NCBI GenBank assembly: GCA_949358305.1
Contig: OX442314.1
Coordinates: 10,664,001 to 10,728,000 of the forward strand
Reading direction: 5' to 3'
Length of the DNA: 64,000 bases
Source: Strigamia acuminata
Lineage: Eukaryota
Both the position numbers and the translations under genes were made by a program. Positions 24,597 to 38,494 of this stretch are shown here, piece by piece. The notes below the pieces were generated by a model, which was not told the origin of the DNA, ran no database searches, and was given only the letters and a program-made list of their open reading frames with translations. Numbering within the stretch: position 1 is the first letter of the stretch; each line of letters starts with the position of its first letter.

Positions 24597-25073
24597 TTTC
24601 AGTCATTTTGTGACTCGGAGCTTAAATGTGCAAAGGCCACAAGAAAAACCAGGCCAGAATTCGGAGCTTTATGGAATTCGTATTAAAATGGACTTCCGAG
24701 ACCCGTTTGAACTCCAATTTGAATTTCTCTCTCAGTAGATATCGGGTCCGTGCTGTGTCGCTGGACTTGATCTCGAATAACATAATTAAATATTCAAATT
24801 ATTTTCATTTTTCGTTGCGAATTTATTTTTGTAGTTGAGTAAACCACCAGTAGAAACAAGAAAAGAAATTTGAATCCGATTTTCTGTGCATTTGTTGATG
24901 TATAAGAATTATTACAAATAAATTTTAAAAAAATAAAAAATAAAACCCAAAATTCGATCCCAAATCATTAAAAAAAAAAAAACACCCAAAAATAAAACAA
25001 AACAAAACAAAACAAAAACCACACAAATTTATAATAAAATTTATTTTATTTTATTGCTATTATATTGTTCGAT
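24597..25073 (+). repeat. Direct duplicate of 3610-4083
   Basis: About 475 bp of near-identical non-satellite sequence. The two copies diverge abruptly after TGTTCGAT. Confidence 0.9.
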
Positions 25074-25494
25074 CCTGTTTATTGCAAAAAAAAAAAAAAA
25101 TCAAATCAAAAATTAAAAATCAAAATCTATCCTGAGAAAAATGACCATCAAATGGCCAACAAGAATGTAAAACGTACAAAAAAAGACAAAAAAAATGGCA
25201 CTAACAAACAAGACATTTTAAATCTTCAAAAATCTTAAGTAGAACAAAAAAAAAATCCATTCATCAATCATCATTTACCATAGAAACAAACAAAAACTAT
25301 CACAGCAAAACAACCAACTACAAATGTGAAATGAGCACACAAGATAAATAAACTTCTCAAAATACAAAAAAATTAAAATATATATACACAAAGATACATA
25401 TTTGGCAAACTAAAGCAAACTAACTCTCATTTACATCGAAAATCATCAAAAAAACCAAAATGGAGGCAAATTCGGTGTCCAAACGAGCAAAACC

Positions 25495-27887
25495 TCAGCC
25501 AGGTTTGGTCTTTTCTTGAAACTTGCCCACTAAATGCTTCACCCATCCCTTCATGGACGTTTGATTGGCCGCTTGCGACTGTTCCAGCGCCAACTCCACC
25601 ACAGTGTTTATCGTCGACGTCGAATGCTGCGAGCTCGTCTCGCTCTCGTCCGCGTCCTTATGACCCCCTGACTGCTGCCACAACTCCAAATCCTTCCGCC
25701 TCTGCTGAATGGACTTGATGCCGTGCACGCTGAACCCCCCGTCGTCCTTCTGGTACCTCGAACACTCCTCCAAATGCTTCAGCTTCTCCCTGATGGCGAA
25801 CCCGCGCACTTTGTGCCTGTGCGCCACCGACTCGCGCGCCTCCAACTCGGGCGTCGTCGCGGCGCTCTGGCTCCTCGATTTCGGCTTCCTCGGCTTGATC
25901 GGGGGCATCGCGAGTCCCACCCCGTTCTTGTCGATCAAAATGAAGTTATCGGACCCCTCCTCGGGGTCGCTGTAGATGGCCGAGTCCCGGAACAAGTCGT
26001 TGCCGAGCAACCCCTCGATGGCCTCGAACGAGCGCTCGTAGTAGCTGTCCGCGGACCCGTCGCTGTCCGAATTGTCGTTCTGCGCGCACTTGATGTCGTC
26101 CGCGAGCATCAGATTGTTCGTCGACTCGCACGGCGTCGCCGTCGTGTCGAGCGAGCCGCCGAACCCCGACGTTTTGTCGCCGTCGCTCGAACTCGTCACG
26201 TTCGACGACTCGGACAACACGCTGTCCGGCCGCAAATCGTCCGATTTGCGCACCCCGTGTCGCTGGCGCTGTCTCGGCACGCTGTACTCGCTCGCGTCGA
26301 TCGGACTGGCCATCCGCGCGCCTATCGCGGGGCTCCCCTGGCGGTAAAACGGCAAACACACGCCGTTCCGCGCCCCGTACGCGCACACGGCGCTGTCCGA
26401 CTTGCTTCGCGTGCCCCGCACGTTCTGTTTCATCACTTTCGAGTAAACTTTGGCCACGGAGCACATGAGGCGCCTCGACACTCGCTCCTTCTCGCGGCCC
26501 CGGCTCGAGGAGCCCACCTCCTCCGCGTCCGAATTCACGTTCGAGCACGACCCCGTCTCCGAACTCACGCTCGTGCTGCTGCGCAGGTGGATGAGGCGCG
26601 AGCTCACGTTGGCCAGAACGCTGCGCAACGACGACCGGCTCAGCGTCGGACGGTAGATCCGATGTTCCGGATGCACCGCGGCGTTGCTGATGTCCTCCAG
26701 ACTCTCTCCGGGCGTGCTCGTGCACTCGGTCGTGTTGCCCTCCTCGCAGACGGGGAAGCGCGCGGTGATGCTCTGGCCGCTGCAGTTCGACGAGCGTCGG
26801 ATGTACTTCTCGAAGTCGTCCATGTCGAGGTGCGACTGCGCGGGACGTTGCATCATCAATCGCGCCATCTCGGCGTCCTCCAGCTCGATCATGGACGAGT
26901 TCATCGACGCGGATCCCTGCGAGATCCACAAGTCCTCGGCGAGCGCGGGGAAACTGCGCGGCAGCGAGTCTGATTTCTTCGCGTCGTTCGCACTCGGGAG
27001 CGTCGGGCTCGTCGTGTTCAAGTTCAAGCGGTTCGGGCGCGGGATGCGCAGCGATCTGCGCACGCATTTGGGCGTCTGCTCGTCGGACGCGAGGCCGCTC
27101 GATTGGTTGTTGAAGGACTGGGCTCGTCGGAGCGACGTTTTGCTTTTGGGTTTGGGCTTCGGACGGGGCTCGACCAAGCTCTCGTCCGACGTGGCGGTTT
27201 CGTTCTCGAGGTTGAGCCAGTTCATGTTGGACCAGACGTTGCCCACGTTCATGTAAGGCGAGTTGTTGGCGGCGCGTTGCTTCGGAGCGTCGTACGGGGA
27301 GTTGTTGGATTTGTTCGTGAAGAAAAAAGTGACGTAGTCCGACGAGGGGTCGTCCTCGTCGTCGGTGCGGACGAAGCCGTTCGTGGGACGCGTTTTTCGT
27401 TCGACCGAGTGGTCCTCGTTCTCGGTGTCGGTGGTTTCGTCGCCGGGTTTGCGGCGGTTGGCGTCGGGGCGGAGGAACGCCTCGATGACGGCTAGGGCGT
27501 TTAGGTAGTTGCCGTTTTCTTTCTTGAGGTTGCACGTGGGGCTGTTTTGGAGCGATAGTTCGTGCGTTGTGGGTTTCTCTTTGACGGGGCTGAAGGTGAG
27601 CGATTCTTTGCTGGATAAGACGTCGCCGGGTTCGGATTTTCGGCGCCAGTTTTTGAATAGTTTATCCTGGGGAGAGAAGTTTGTTAGAGTAGGTTTGGTT
27701 TGGTTTTTGTGTTTTGGTTACTTTAGTTCGTTTTTTCTCCGCTCTGGGACTCGTGATTATTACGTCGGGTGGGAGTCGAATGCTGCGGAGGTCGATGCTG
27801 CCTTCGTGGCTACTGCTCCGGCTTCTGGGATTGGTTGGTTCGCCGATCGGAGACTGTTTGGATGATTAAGTTAAGGTTAGGTTTGTT

Positions 27888-27927
<40 letters not shown>

Positions 27928-30900
27928 GTTTGGGCTTTCCAGGTCGGTTTTCTTAGATCCTTTTCGCATTCGGAGAGCTCTGTTAAGGCCACTTTCTGTA
28001 ATATACGTTTGTTTTAGTTCAATTTTACGTAAAATTATAAGAAAATTGCAATTTTTTGATGAAATTTTCAATTTTTTTGACGAAATTTTCAATTTTTTGA
28101 TGAAATTTTCAATTTTTTTGATGAAATTTTCAATTTTTTTGATGAAATTTTCAATTTTTTGATGAAATTTTCAATTTTTGATGAAATTTTCAATTTTTTT
28201 TGATGAAATTTTCAATTGTTTGATGAAATTTTCAATTTTTGATGAAATTTTCAATTTTTTTGATGAAATTTTCAATTTTTTTGATGAAATTTTCAATTTT
28301 TTTGATGAAATTTTCAATTTTTTTGATGAAATTTTCAATTTTTTGATAAAATTTTCAATTTTTTGATGAAATTTTCAATTTTTGATGAAATTTTCAATTT
28401 TTTGATGAAATTTTCAATTTTTTGATGAAATTTTCAATTTTTTGATGAAATTTTCAATTTTTTTATGATATTTTCAATTTTTCAAATAAAATTGAAAAAA
28501 TTTCAACGCATCTTCAATTTTTCACTTTTTTCGAGAATTTTTTTGAGTTTATTTCCATTTTTACCAGATTTTCTTCTGCCTCGCTCCTGTTTCCGTTTTT
28601 CCAGATACTCCGGTGCCGAGTGTTGACGTTTCGTGTTATTACTTTTTTCGACAAGAAGTTCATCTACATAATAAAAAAAAAAAAATATTAAAAAAAAAAA
28701 TATTTTTTTACCACTTGTAAACTATTTTTACTCACCTTCCGGTCTATTTTGTCCAAGTTGCATGACAAGCTGCCTGGCATGATATGGAATGACAGCGTGA
28801 TAATTTTCTAATATAACCCTTTTCAACTGCAACGTCCATTCGCGCTTCTGTTCCAAACTGCGCGATTGTAACGTGTATTGAATCCGAGGGTTGTCAAATG
28901 GAATCACGTGAAAGCAAAGAGGTTCCCCGGGAATACTTTCGATCAGCATTAAATTAGAACACTAAAATAAAAATAAAAAACAAATATTTAAAAAATACTA
29001 AAAAATAAATAAATAAATAAATAAATACCATTATATGAGTTTTATATGTTAAATAACCGCCTTCTTTCTTTTTGGCAACGAGCAACATTTTATCAAATAA
29101 AAATACATGACGAATAGCTTTGGCTCCGTAAATGCGAAACATTCCTTCAGCAACTAACTCTCCAAATGTAGTCAAATCTGCACCCTAAATAAATAAAGTA
29201 CAAAAATAACATCAATATTCATTCATTTTGGTGGAAATTATTTTAAATTGCCAGTGGATTAATAGATTTCTGGAGAAACTTTAGATTTACCGTATTACCT
29301 GGCTCTAATCGGCATGTCGCTACAGCGCAAGTTTAAACAGACTGCCGATAAACACATTTTCCAAACGTTGGTAATTTCACTTGTAGCAGGCATGCCACTT
29401 AAAGCACATAATAAGGTACAACAAATTTTGTTGGATTTATAAAGTAGATTTTTTTGGAATTCATAAAGTGGATTTATTGGATTTATCAGGGATTTCTGGT
29501 GGATGTATTGGATTTCTAACAGATTTCTTGTGGATTTATTGAATTTCCAAGAAATATCAGATGAATTTATTGAATTTCGAAGGAATTTCTGGTGAATTTA
29601 TTCAATTTCTAAAGAATTTCTGGAGGGTCTTTTAGATTTACCGTATTTCCGCAAAAATAATGAGCGCCACTCTTATTTCAAATCGCCGCTCTCGAACACG
29701 GCTACAATTCAAGAGCGGCTCTTATTTGAACTTGTGGCCGTTTTCGTTCGCTTTACGTTAATTTTTCATTTGCAATGAATGCAAAACGACTTTAAACAAC
29801 TCAAAACAAACACAAAACGACTCGCAACAAACAGAAAAAACGTTCATTAACACTGCAAAAAAAATGAGATTTCCATGTGGAAAGTCATGTTGAAATATAG
29901 TGTGTAAAGGTCATCGTTCCACATTGTAGAAATATGTACGAAAAACACAACTTATAAGTTGCGTTTTCCGTTTTAATCGCCCTAGAATAATAGCCGTGGC
30001 TAGTATTCAAATGCGGTTCTTAATTGCGGAAACATGGTATAAGAAATTTCTGGTGTATTTATCGAATTACTCCTCACCTCCCATCCAAACAGCAGAGACT
30101 GTATTTCTTGAACTCGCACAGCATGTTCGTGCTTTCTCTTCATATCATTGATATGATGCGCCATTCCAGTCATGGACGCCAAAGCATTCACAATGACATC
30201 GTAACCCACTTGCGAGGAATCGTAGTGCTTCACTATATTCTGCAAAAAAAACAACAAAAAAATCAATTAGCCAGTGTCCACTGGACCAAAAAAAACAATT
30301 TCAATCAAACCTGCAGTAATAAATGGTATTTGAGTATCCTTTGTACCGGTTTGAGCAAAAAAGATCCCAAAGGAAGTGTGTGGCCTAAAGCAGCTTGTCG
30401 TTCCTGCAAAACAGTCCAATTAATCATCGAATTAACCTCAAATTCAGCCAGGCGTTTCAAAATTTAATTTGGAGTTAAATTTGATTTTTCAATTTAAAGT
30501 GAGAAAATAAATAAACAAAACTCTTACCCTGAACACTTCAGCAGTTTCTTTCTTCCTCATTAAATCAGTCAGAACAGAAACAGTCCTAAATAGAAACGAG
30601 TATACACATAAATTTCATTCTGCACTTCCGCTTAAGTTTTAATAAAACTTAACACAAGTTTTACATTTACAACCTGCTGATGGACCGTGGGGTCAAAAAC
30701 TTGTGTTTTAAATTTAGAATTAAAATTATTAATGTGCGTTTAAGTCAAAAATTACTAGGCATTAGCCTTGTGTGCGATAGAGGTATACTATACCGCGGTA
30801 TTTTTTTTTTGACTTAATACCGCGGTATCCACCAAAATACTGCATTTGTTGCGGTATTTGCGGTATACCGCATTCATTGCAGTATTTGCAGTATATCGCA

Positions 30901-33900
30901 TTCCTAGCGATATTTGGTGAATACCGTACAGCACTCGCACAAAAAAATTACCGCACAAGCCTACTAGGTACATTCATAAAGTCATTTAGCCTAAACAGCA
31001 TTTTAAACAACATACTGTATTTACCGTATATCTTCGATTTGCTCGCTGGCCTCTAATTGCGCGCAAGACAAAAATAAATTTTGCAAATTCTGCAGGGGTG
31101 CACAATTAGAGGCCAAAATTTTTCGAAATATACCCAAAAGAAGGATGATAAATCACCATTATTTGAAAAAATCTGATTTTTCGATTATCCGCCCAACCCG
31201 AATAACCGACTAGATTCAAACAGACGCCGGGGTATCGGGTCCAAAAAGTACTTTCTTTACTCTATGATAAAAGTCCGGAAGAAAATTTGAAGCATTACGG
31301 TATTTTACTATTTTACCATTACAAAACGTGTGCATTCAGTATTTATATTTAAAATAAAGTGCAGTAACTTAAATAACACTTAGTTTTATTGAATAATTAA
31401 AATTTCAGGTTTTAAATGCCACTAAAATTAAAGCACTTTCAAATCAATAAAAAAAAAATGATTAATAAGAAGCAAAACATACTAACCTTGGGTAATTAGT
31501 ACAATAATGAGTATAAATAGAAAATCCTTCATTGTGTTGTACAAAACATTGTGCAATTTGTACAGGATCCAAGCCACAAGTCTCCAATTCAGCTAATAAA
31601 CCCCTAAAAAAAATCAAAATCAAAACAAACTCAATCACTCATTCACTTAAAACACTCTTCTAAAAAAATATATATATATAAAATAAAAATTATAAAAACA
31701 TAAATAAACACAAAACTTCTTTATTTATTACCAGAATGACATCACAGATTAAATTAGGCATCGAAAAACCTTGACGATAGCATATTTTTAGACCACTTTC
31801 AAAAATAGTTCATTCACATCGCCAGAGAAATGGAAAAGCCCATCAAAATTTATGACATTTCAATTATCCCATCTCTTGCCTAACATTTTTTTACACCACC
31901 AGCAACCAACCAAACTACAGTTCTTGATGCTAAATTCAAACTGCACATCCCGATGCGCGCAGACAGTTAACATATAACTAGAGATCGGATAAATGCATAA
32001 ATGCATGGAATAATATTTATATTCAATATAAAGCCAAAATCTGCTATTAATGCATATTTCCCAACATGGTGTTCTATGGCCAGCCAACCCAACTAGCCAT
32101 TTTTGGTATTCGTTATATCGATAATTCGTTATATCGCGATTCGTTATAAAGAGTTTCGACTGTAGTTTCAAGGTAGAACGGACTGCGAAGTTTGAATTTA
32201 GCATCAAGATACCGGGCACAAACTATTATTATTATTAACTTAATTTCCCTTCAAAAGTACATCAATACATCATAAATTTTAGAACAAAGTTTGACTGCTG
32301 AAACCTTTTTACCCAATTCAATTAACTTCACACTCGTCAAATCAATTTGAAATTCTAAGGCTTATTTTGCTGTTGGTTGCAATAAATAACTTTTCGCCTC
32401 TTTCCCCTGATAAATGATGAGTTGCACTCGTCTTCCAAGGCGACAAAACTAAAAATAAAATGTTAAAAAGAAAAATCCAAAGATGAGATCTTCTTCTCAC
32501 TTCTTGTGGAGACCATTTTTTAAAGGTCAATGCAGTTCACTTCATTTCCATTTTTATTTTTTTCTACATTTAATTTTATATGAAATGTGATAAATTTTTC
32601 AAGTGGTTGTGAACATGTCAACCCTATGAAATAATTTAGTATTTTTTTTATTTTTTTTTATTTTTAAAATTTATGTTTTAAAAAATTTAAATTTTAATGA
32701 CGAAAATGTTGATATCTGTTGATATGGACTCGCGTAATGTAAAGACAACATGAGTTTTACATTAAATGGTGCAAGTCAAAGGGCTGGAACAACATTAAGA
32801 TAAAGTGTTTGATAATTGTGGCTAATGAGTTGGTGAAAATTACCATACGAGAATTTTACATCGTATTATTAACCGTAAACATTTCAATACAGCGCGCTGC
32901 CATCTGACGGTGAAAACATTAAATTTTCTCAGACAAAATGGCGGTACGGGAGAAAAATGACTACCGACGATAATTAGATTTATTCAACACTAAATCAAGG
33001 ACTTTAATGCCCATTTAACACATCATTTAATAAGAATCCACTTTATTTGAGAATAAAATCGATGACTTTAACTCTCACTTAAAAACTTTCGACAAATTTC
33101 CTCCAATTTCAGTCGGAATTTCGCAAAAACCAAAATTAAAGATTTTTTACACTTTAAGTTTTAATTCAATCCCACTTTATATAACCAAAATAACAAATTC
33201 CAAATTCGTACACACGGTTTACCCCCCAAACCAAAAGAAATAAAAAAAAATACCCTGAGAACACTTTATAAGGGCAATCCCAAGGTTATTTCCACTCAAT
33301 TACAAGGAAACCAAAAAAAAAAATTAAAGACACATTCAACACCAACACACATTAATGTAAATCATCATTTAAACCCTATTCATTATAAAATGGGAACGAA
33401 TACACGAAAACTGAAAGGGAATTATCCATCTCACAGGTAAGGGCAAGGGTGGGATAAGTTAAAAGGCGCCTATATCATGAATATGGGGCGAAAGTGATGA
33501 TTATGAAACCCATGTCCCGACACCGTTGAATCAATCATGTCAGAGGTCTCCAGAGGGTGAGTAAAAGAAGACAAAAGAGGGGGCTTAAAATCCATTAGTT
33601 TAATCATAAGGCATTTAATTGCATGTGCTAAATCTTGTCTAAAATGAACGTTTTCGTGTCTGGGGTGGTTTGCTCAGCGAGAGAAAGTGGACTTTCTATG
33701 TCAAGGGTTATTTATTCAACTTCCTCACTTGACTCCAGCTAACTTTTAACCTAAATTGTTAAACTTGCTTGGCCAAACGTATTTAGTTTGAATTTTCTTT
33801 TTTAGATTTTTTTTTTTTTTTTTTAAATTGAAATGTCATTTTTGTAATTTAATAGCAATAAAAACAGAAAAATGCCATTTTTCAATGAATAAAATATAAA

Positions 33901-36900
33901 AATTAGAGTTTCTCAGTAGATAAAAATATAAAAATGTCAACCATTTGATGAAAAAATATAAAAATTGTCCATTTTCAATGATTAAAATATAAAAATTGTC
34001 CATTTTCAATGAATAAAATATAAAAATTGTCCATTTTCAATGAATAAAATATAAAAATTGGAATTTTTCATGAAAATTGGAATTTTTCATGAAAATTGGA
34101 ATTTTTCATGAAAATTGGAATTTTTTATGAAAATTGGAATTTTTCAGTAGTAAAAAATATAAAAATGTCAACTTTTTACTGAAATAATATAAAAATGTCA
34201 ATTTTTTACTGAAAAAATATAAAAATCGTCATTTTCCAATGAATCAAATATCAAAACTGTCATTTATCATTGCATAACAATACAAAATGTCATTTTTCTA
34301 ACGTAAAAAATTTTAAGTTATTTCTTAAAAAAAAAAAAAAAAAAAATGTAAATGTCAATCCAAATTTCTAAACCATTTAGTTGCTTATCTAATTAATTCA
34401 TTCAACCCAAAAAACCAAATTCTTCAAATCACGTTCCACCAACAAATAAAAGAAATCTTTGTACACATGCAATGGAATTTTTTTAATATCCCAAAAATCT
34501 CATTTCCACAGTCACGTACTTTGTTTCCCAAATTAAATTAAATAAAAAATAAAAAAATTAATAAAAAAAAAAGATAACGAAGGACGTTCCTGTTACAATC
34601 CACACAAAAACAATTCAAAACGAGGAAGTTCAACACTCATTTCCATTCCGAATTAATTCAACCAAATCTGCCCTTGCAACGAAATTAAAATCTACCAAGA
34701 CTCAAGAACCCCATCACAAAAAAAAAAAATAAATAAATAAAATTGTCAACCATTTCCTTGCTAATTTTAACCCCAACGAACCTCGAGCGCCGTATATTAA
34801 TATTAAACAGCCCAAAAAAACCGGAAATCAGCACTTTTATTGTTTCCTCGTAAGGTGAATAAAGAAATAACATAAAAATCCGCATATTCTCATTGGCAAC
34901 GGCGCAATACCGAGTCGCCGTACAATTGAATGCGCAGTAGTGCAATTTCTGCATTCGTTCTGCTACTCAGCGTGCATTCATCAATAAACTGCCATAACAC
35001 AGGAATAACTATTGGCATAAATCACACGGCACGTCGACGATTTACGACTGTGGGAGTCGTAGAAAAGACCCATTTTACATTTAAACATCACACACACCCC
35101 CGAAAACAAAATAACCATAAAGCAGGGTGTTTCCATTACCGTACCGGCAACAAAAAGGTTTTTTGGTTATGCGCATGCGTGTTGAGTGGGGTATGCGTTG
35201 AGCTTGGGCCAGACGTTTCTCAGACGTTTGATTGTGTGAGTTTAGTGGTTGGAATTGGAATTGTTTAATATAAATCATTTTGGATGTTTAATTTTACTAT
35301 TGTATTCAACTCGGAGTGTTGGAACGGGAAAGACGACGAGGTTTAATTTCCTGACAATTGGTGCTTTGTTGCAATGGGGTTGGATAGTAAATCATTTTTG
35401 CGGAACTGTGGTTAACTCTTCTGGAATGGAGTGTTTGCACATAAAAAGCAATGCTTAGGTTCAAAATGCCTGCAATAGACCTTTGGAAAAATGATCGTAA
35501 GAATGGTTGCCCTCCTCCTCTCCCTCTATGAGAAAAGTCTTTGCAAAACAACATTATAATTTGTAGTTTTCTTATTGTGGGAGGAGCCAAACTGCATTAT
35601 GTCATAGTTTTCCAATAGTCCGTTGTAAATCTTTTAGGCAAAAAAATTTGACTTTTTAGGCATAAATTTAACTTTTTAGGCAAAAATTTGATTTTTTAGG
35701 CAAAAATTTGACTTTTCAGGCAAAATGGTGACTTTTTAGGCAATAAATTAACTTTTTAGGCAAAGATTTGACTTTTTAGGCAAAGATTTAACTTTTTAGG
35801 CAAAAATTTGACTTTTTAGGCAAAAAATTGACTTTTTAGGCAAAAATTCAACTTTTTAGGCAAAAATTCAACTTTTTAGGCAAAAATTCAACTTTTTAGG
35901 CAAAAATTCAACTTTTTAGGCAAAAATTCAACTTTTTAGGCAAAAATTTGACTTTTTAGGCAGAAAATAGTAGGCGCATTCATAATGTCCTTTAAACTTG
36001 TTTGTACTTTTTAAACCAGTATAAATGTAAAATTTTCCATGTAAAATTAGACATTTAGACTGGTATAATAAATATAAACAAGTTCAAATGACTTTATGAA
36101 TGTGCCTACTCTTTTTCTATTACAAAAAAAAAACATCTTAACATAAAAATAAACCTTTACAAAAAAAATAAAATAATTTACTCTAAAAATAACAATAAAT
36201 AACAGCACGATAAATTAATTCGATACCACAAAAAAAAAAACCACAAACAAACAAATAAATAAACAAAAACAAAAACAAAAAAATAAAATAAAATAAAAAT
36301 CCCGGCCATTAAAACCACGATATTAAACCACCTCATTCCCCATTCCAAATTCCACACATTTCTCAACCACATCAAACCGTCACTACTCTTTGATTAACCA
36401 ACCCGATCATTATCACATAAAAACCCCACCAAAAAAAAAAAAAAAAAAAAAAAAAAACTCCAATCTACCAGCAAAACCAGTAGATGAAAGCAAACCTCAC
36501 CTATTAAACATGTAAATCGCCTCAATGTTACCAAACAGGTCTCGAACTTCGTCCTCGCTGATAGCAAGGTGACTATTGCACTTAACAAATCCAACGTAAC
36601 CCTAAAAAATAAAAAAAATAAAAAAAATAAAAAAAAATGAAAAAAAATTTGCATAAAGTTTCTCCAATCGTCTTACCTCAATTATCTCATTAATATCCTT
36701 GACATACGTCCTCTCCGAGTCGACAATCTCCAGCAGCACTCGATCAATGTAACTCAAACTCGGGTCACAATACATCTTATTGACCCTCCCCCCCGCCGCC
36801 GCCGACCCACCAGCGTTCGTGTTAGCGGGGACCCCACTCGCGCACCCCTTCACCATCCCGTCGGCGTCTCTGAAGCGTCCGCCGCATTCCTCGTCCTCGC

Positions 36901-37410
36901 TGTAGTCGTTGAGCGATTCGATGCTCGCCAGATACGACTTCTTGTTGCCATGGTTACGCGTGAGGGACGACGAAGAGGAGGCCGACGAGGAGGTCGACGT
37001 CAGACTGAGGGGTCTGACCACCGTTTCCTTGACCCAGCATTGCTGGGCGTCCTCGATGAACCCCGAATCGGTCGCTTTCCCACCGTCCGGGCGCGTTTTC
37101 GACCCCTGGTCGGCGCGACCCCCCTCGCCGCGATCCACTTGACCCCCGGGCCCGTGCGTGGGGGGCGGGCGACATCTGGGTTTGGCTCTTTGAGGACTGG
37201 CTTCGTATTGGATGAGCTGCAGCTGCTCGTCGCCATTGTTTGATGCGTTGGTGGACGCATTGTTCCTCCTGCTTCTGTTTAGTCCATTCAGGCAGCCCGA
37301 GAGGGCGTTTCGGGTCGAGTTGGCCAGTTGCTCGTCGTGCTCGTCGCTATTCTTCGTCACCAAATTGTCGTACATGTCCAGCAAGATGGGAACAAGCTCC
37401 AACGAGGATC
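25495..37410 (-). CDS. PLEKHG1: Rho guanine nucleotide exchange factor, DH-PH, PLEKHG1/2/3 (GEFmeso-like) family; coding exons 2-13
   Basis: Phase-consistent GT-AG exons: 37410-36677, 36601-36501, 31603-31487, 30585-30528, 30403-30311, 30239-30078, 29184-29029, 28961-28736, 28663-28565, 27995-27928, 27853-27722 and 27666-25495. Motifs: [110 protein letters not shown]. The symbol denotes the family, not a specific paralogue. Confidence 0.9.
28040..28485. repeat. 20-21-bp intronic tandem array (TTGATGAAATTTTCAATTTT)n
   Basis: Directly visible; it fills most of a RhoGEF intron. Confidence 0.9.
29639..30039. mobile_element. TACCGTA-type (Tc1/mariner-like) MITE
   Basis: Ends TACCGTATTTCCGCAA and TTGCGGAAACATGGTA. 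Internal GCGGCT(A/C) motifs are shared with 9485-9555 and 53694-53957. Confidence 0.6.
33900..34300. repeat. Compound 31-bp and 20-bp A/T-tract arrays
   Basis: AAAAATTGTCCATTTTCAATGAATAAAATAT units flank TGAAAATTGGAATTTTTCA-type units. Confidence 0.8.
35632..35962. repeat. 20-bp tandem array (CAAAAATTCAACTTTTTAGG)n
   Basis: Directly visible. Confidence 0.9.
35969..36110. mobile_element. Short fold-back (hairpin) MITE
   Basis: AGTAGGCGCATTCATAATGTC...GACTTTATGAATGTGCCTACT, with imperfect pairing through most of its length. A related end lies at ~30965. Confidence 0.6.
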
Positions 37411-37734
37411 CTGCAAAGTGACACAAAAAGAGGGGCGTTTTAATAGACGATCGAAGGAAATTTATGCACAATTTTCAGAGGTGGGGGATTGGGATTTTCA
37501 ATGCTGATTTCTTGTCTGGTTTCACAATGTGTGTTGGGGTGGGGTGGGGGTGTGTTTTGGATTTCGGTTGAATCGATCGTGTTTTAATTTGTAATTTGAG
37601 ACTTGGGGTTACTAGGCGCCCTGTGTATTTTCGATTGTGCTGTTGTGCAGGATGCTTAATTATTGGGGGTTGAATGCCTTGGATGTCAAAAGCGTTGACA
37701 TGTTGGAAATAAGTTGGTAACTGTTTTAAGTCGT

Positions 37735-38345
37735 TGAATTTTTAAGGTGGGAATTGAATTTTTAAGGTGTAAATTGAATTTTTAAGGTGTAAATTGAATT
37801 TTTAAGGTGTAAATTGAATTTTTAAGGTGGAAATTGAATTTTTAAGGTGGAAATTGAATTTTTAAGAGAAAAATTGAATTTTTAAGATGTAAATTGAATT
37901 TTTAAGGTGTAAATTGAATTTTTAAGGTGTAAATTGAATTTTTATGGTGTAAATTGAATTTTTAAGATTACAATTAAAGTTTTAAGATCAAAATTGAATG
38001 TTTAAGGTAAAAATTGAATTTTTAAGAGAAAAATTGAATTTTTAAGAGAAAAATTGAATTTTTAAGAGAAAAATTGAATTTTTAAGAGAAAAATTAAATT
38101 TTTAAGAGAAAAATTAAATTTTTAAGAGAAAAATTAAATTTTTAAAGTAAAAATTGAACTTTTAAAGTAAAAATTAAATTTTTAAGGTAAAAATTAAATT
38201 CTTATTGTGAAAATTAAATTTACTACTAAAAACAAAAAATTTAAAATTTAAAAAAAAAATTAAAATTTAAAAAAAAATTTAAAATTTAAAAAAAAATTTA
38301 AAATTTAAAAAAAAATTTAAAATTTAAAAAAAAATTTAAATTTTA
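37735..38345. repeat. 20-bp tandem array (AAATTGAATTTTTAAGGTGT)n grading into pure A/T tracts
   Basis: Directly visible. Confidence 0.9.
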
Positions 38346-38433
38346 TAACCAAACATCAAAAAACAATAATTTTATCCCTAATTCTTTCCATCCATAACCA
38401 CTTCCACCCAAAATCAACAACAACAAACCCCCA

Positions 38434-38494
<61 letters not shown>

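Noticed and set aside
25723..27535. Long overlapping ORFs (416 aa plus strand, 529 aa alternate minus frame)
   Set aside because: These are shadow ORFs of the GC-rich RhoGEF last exon. They are Arg/Gly-rich with no recognisable domain.
38436..38492. Long poly(A) run as a retrocopy tail
   Set aside because: There is no upstream insert or TSD, and long A/T runs are common throughout the window.
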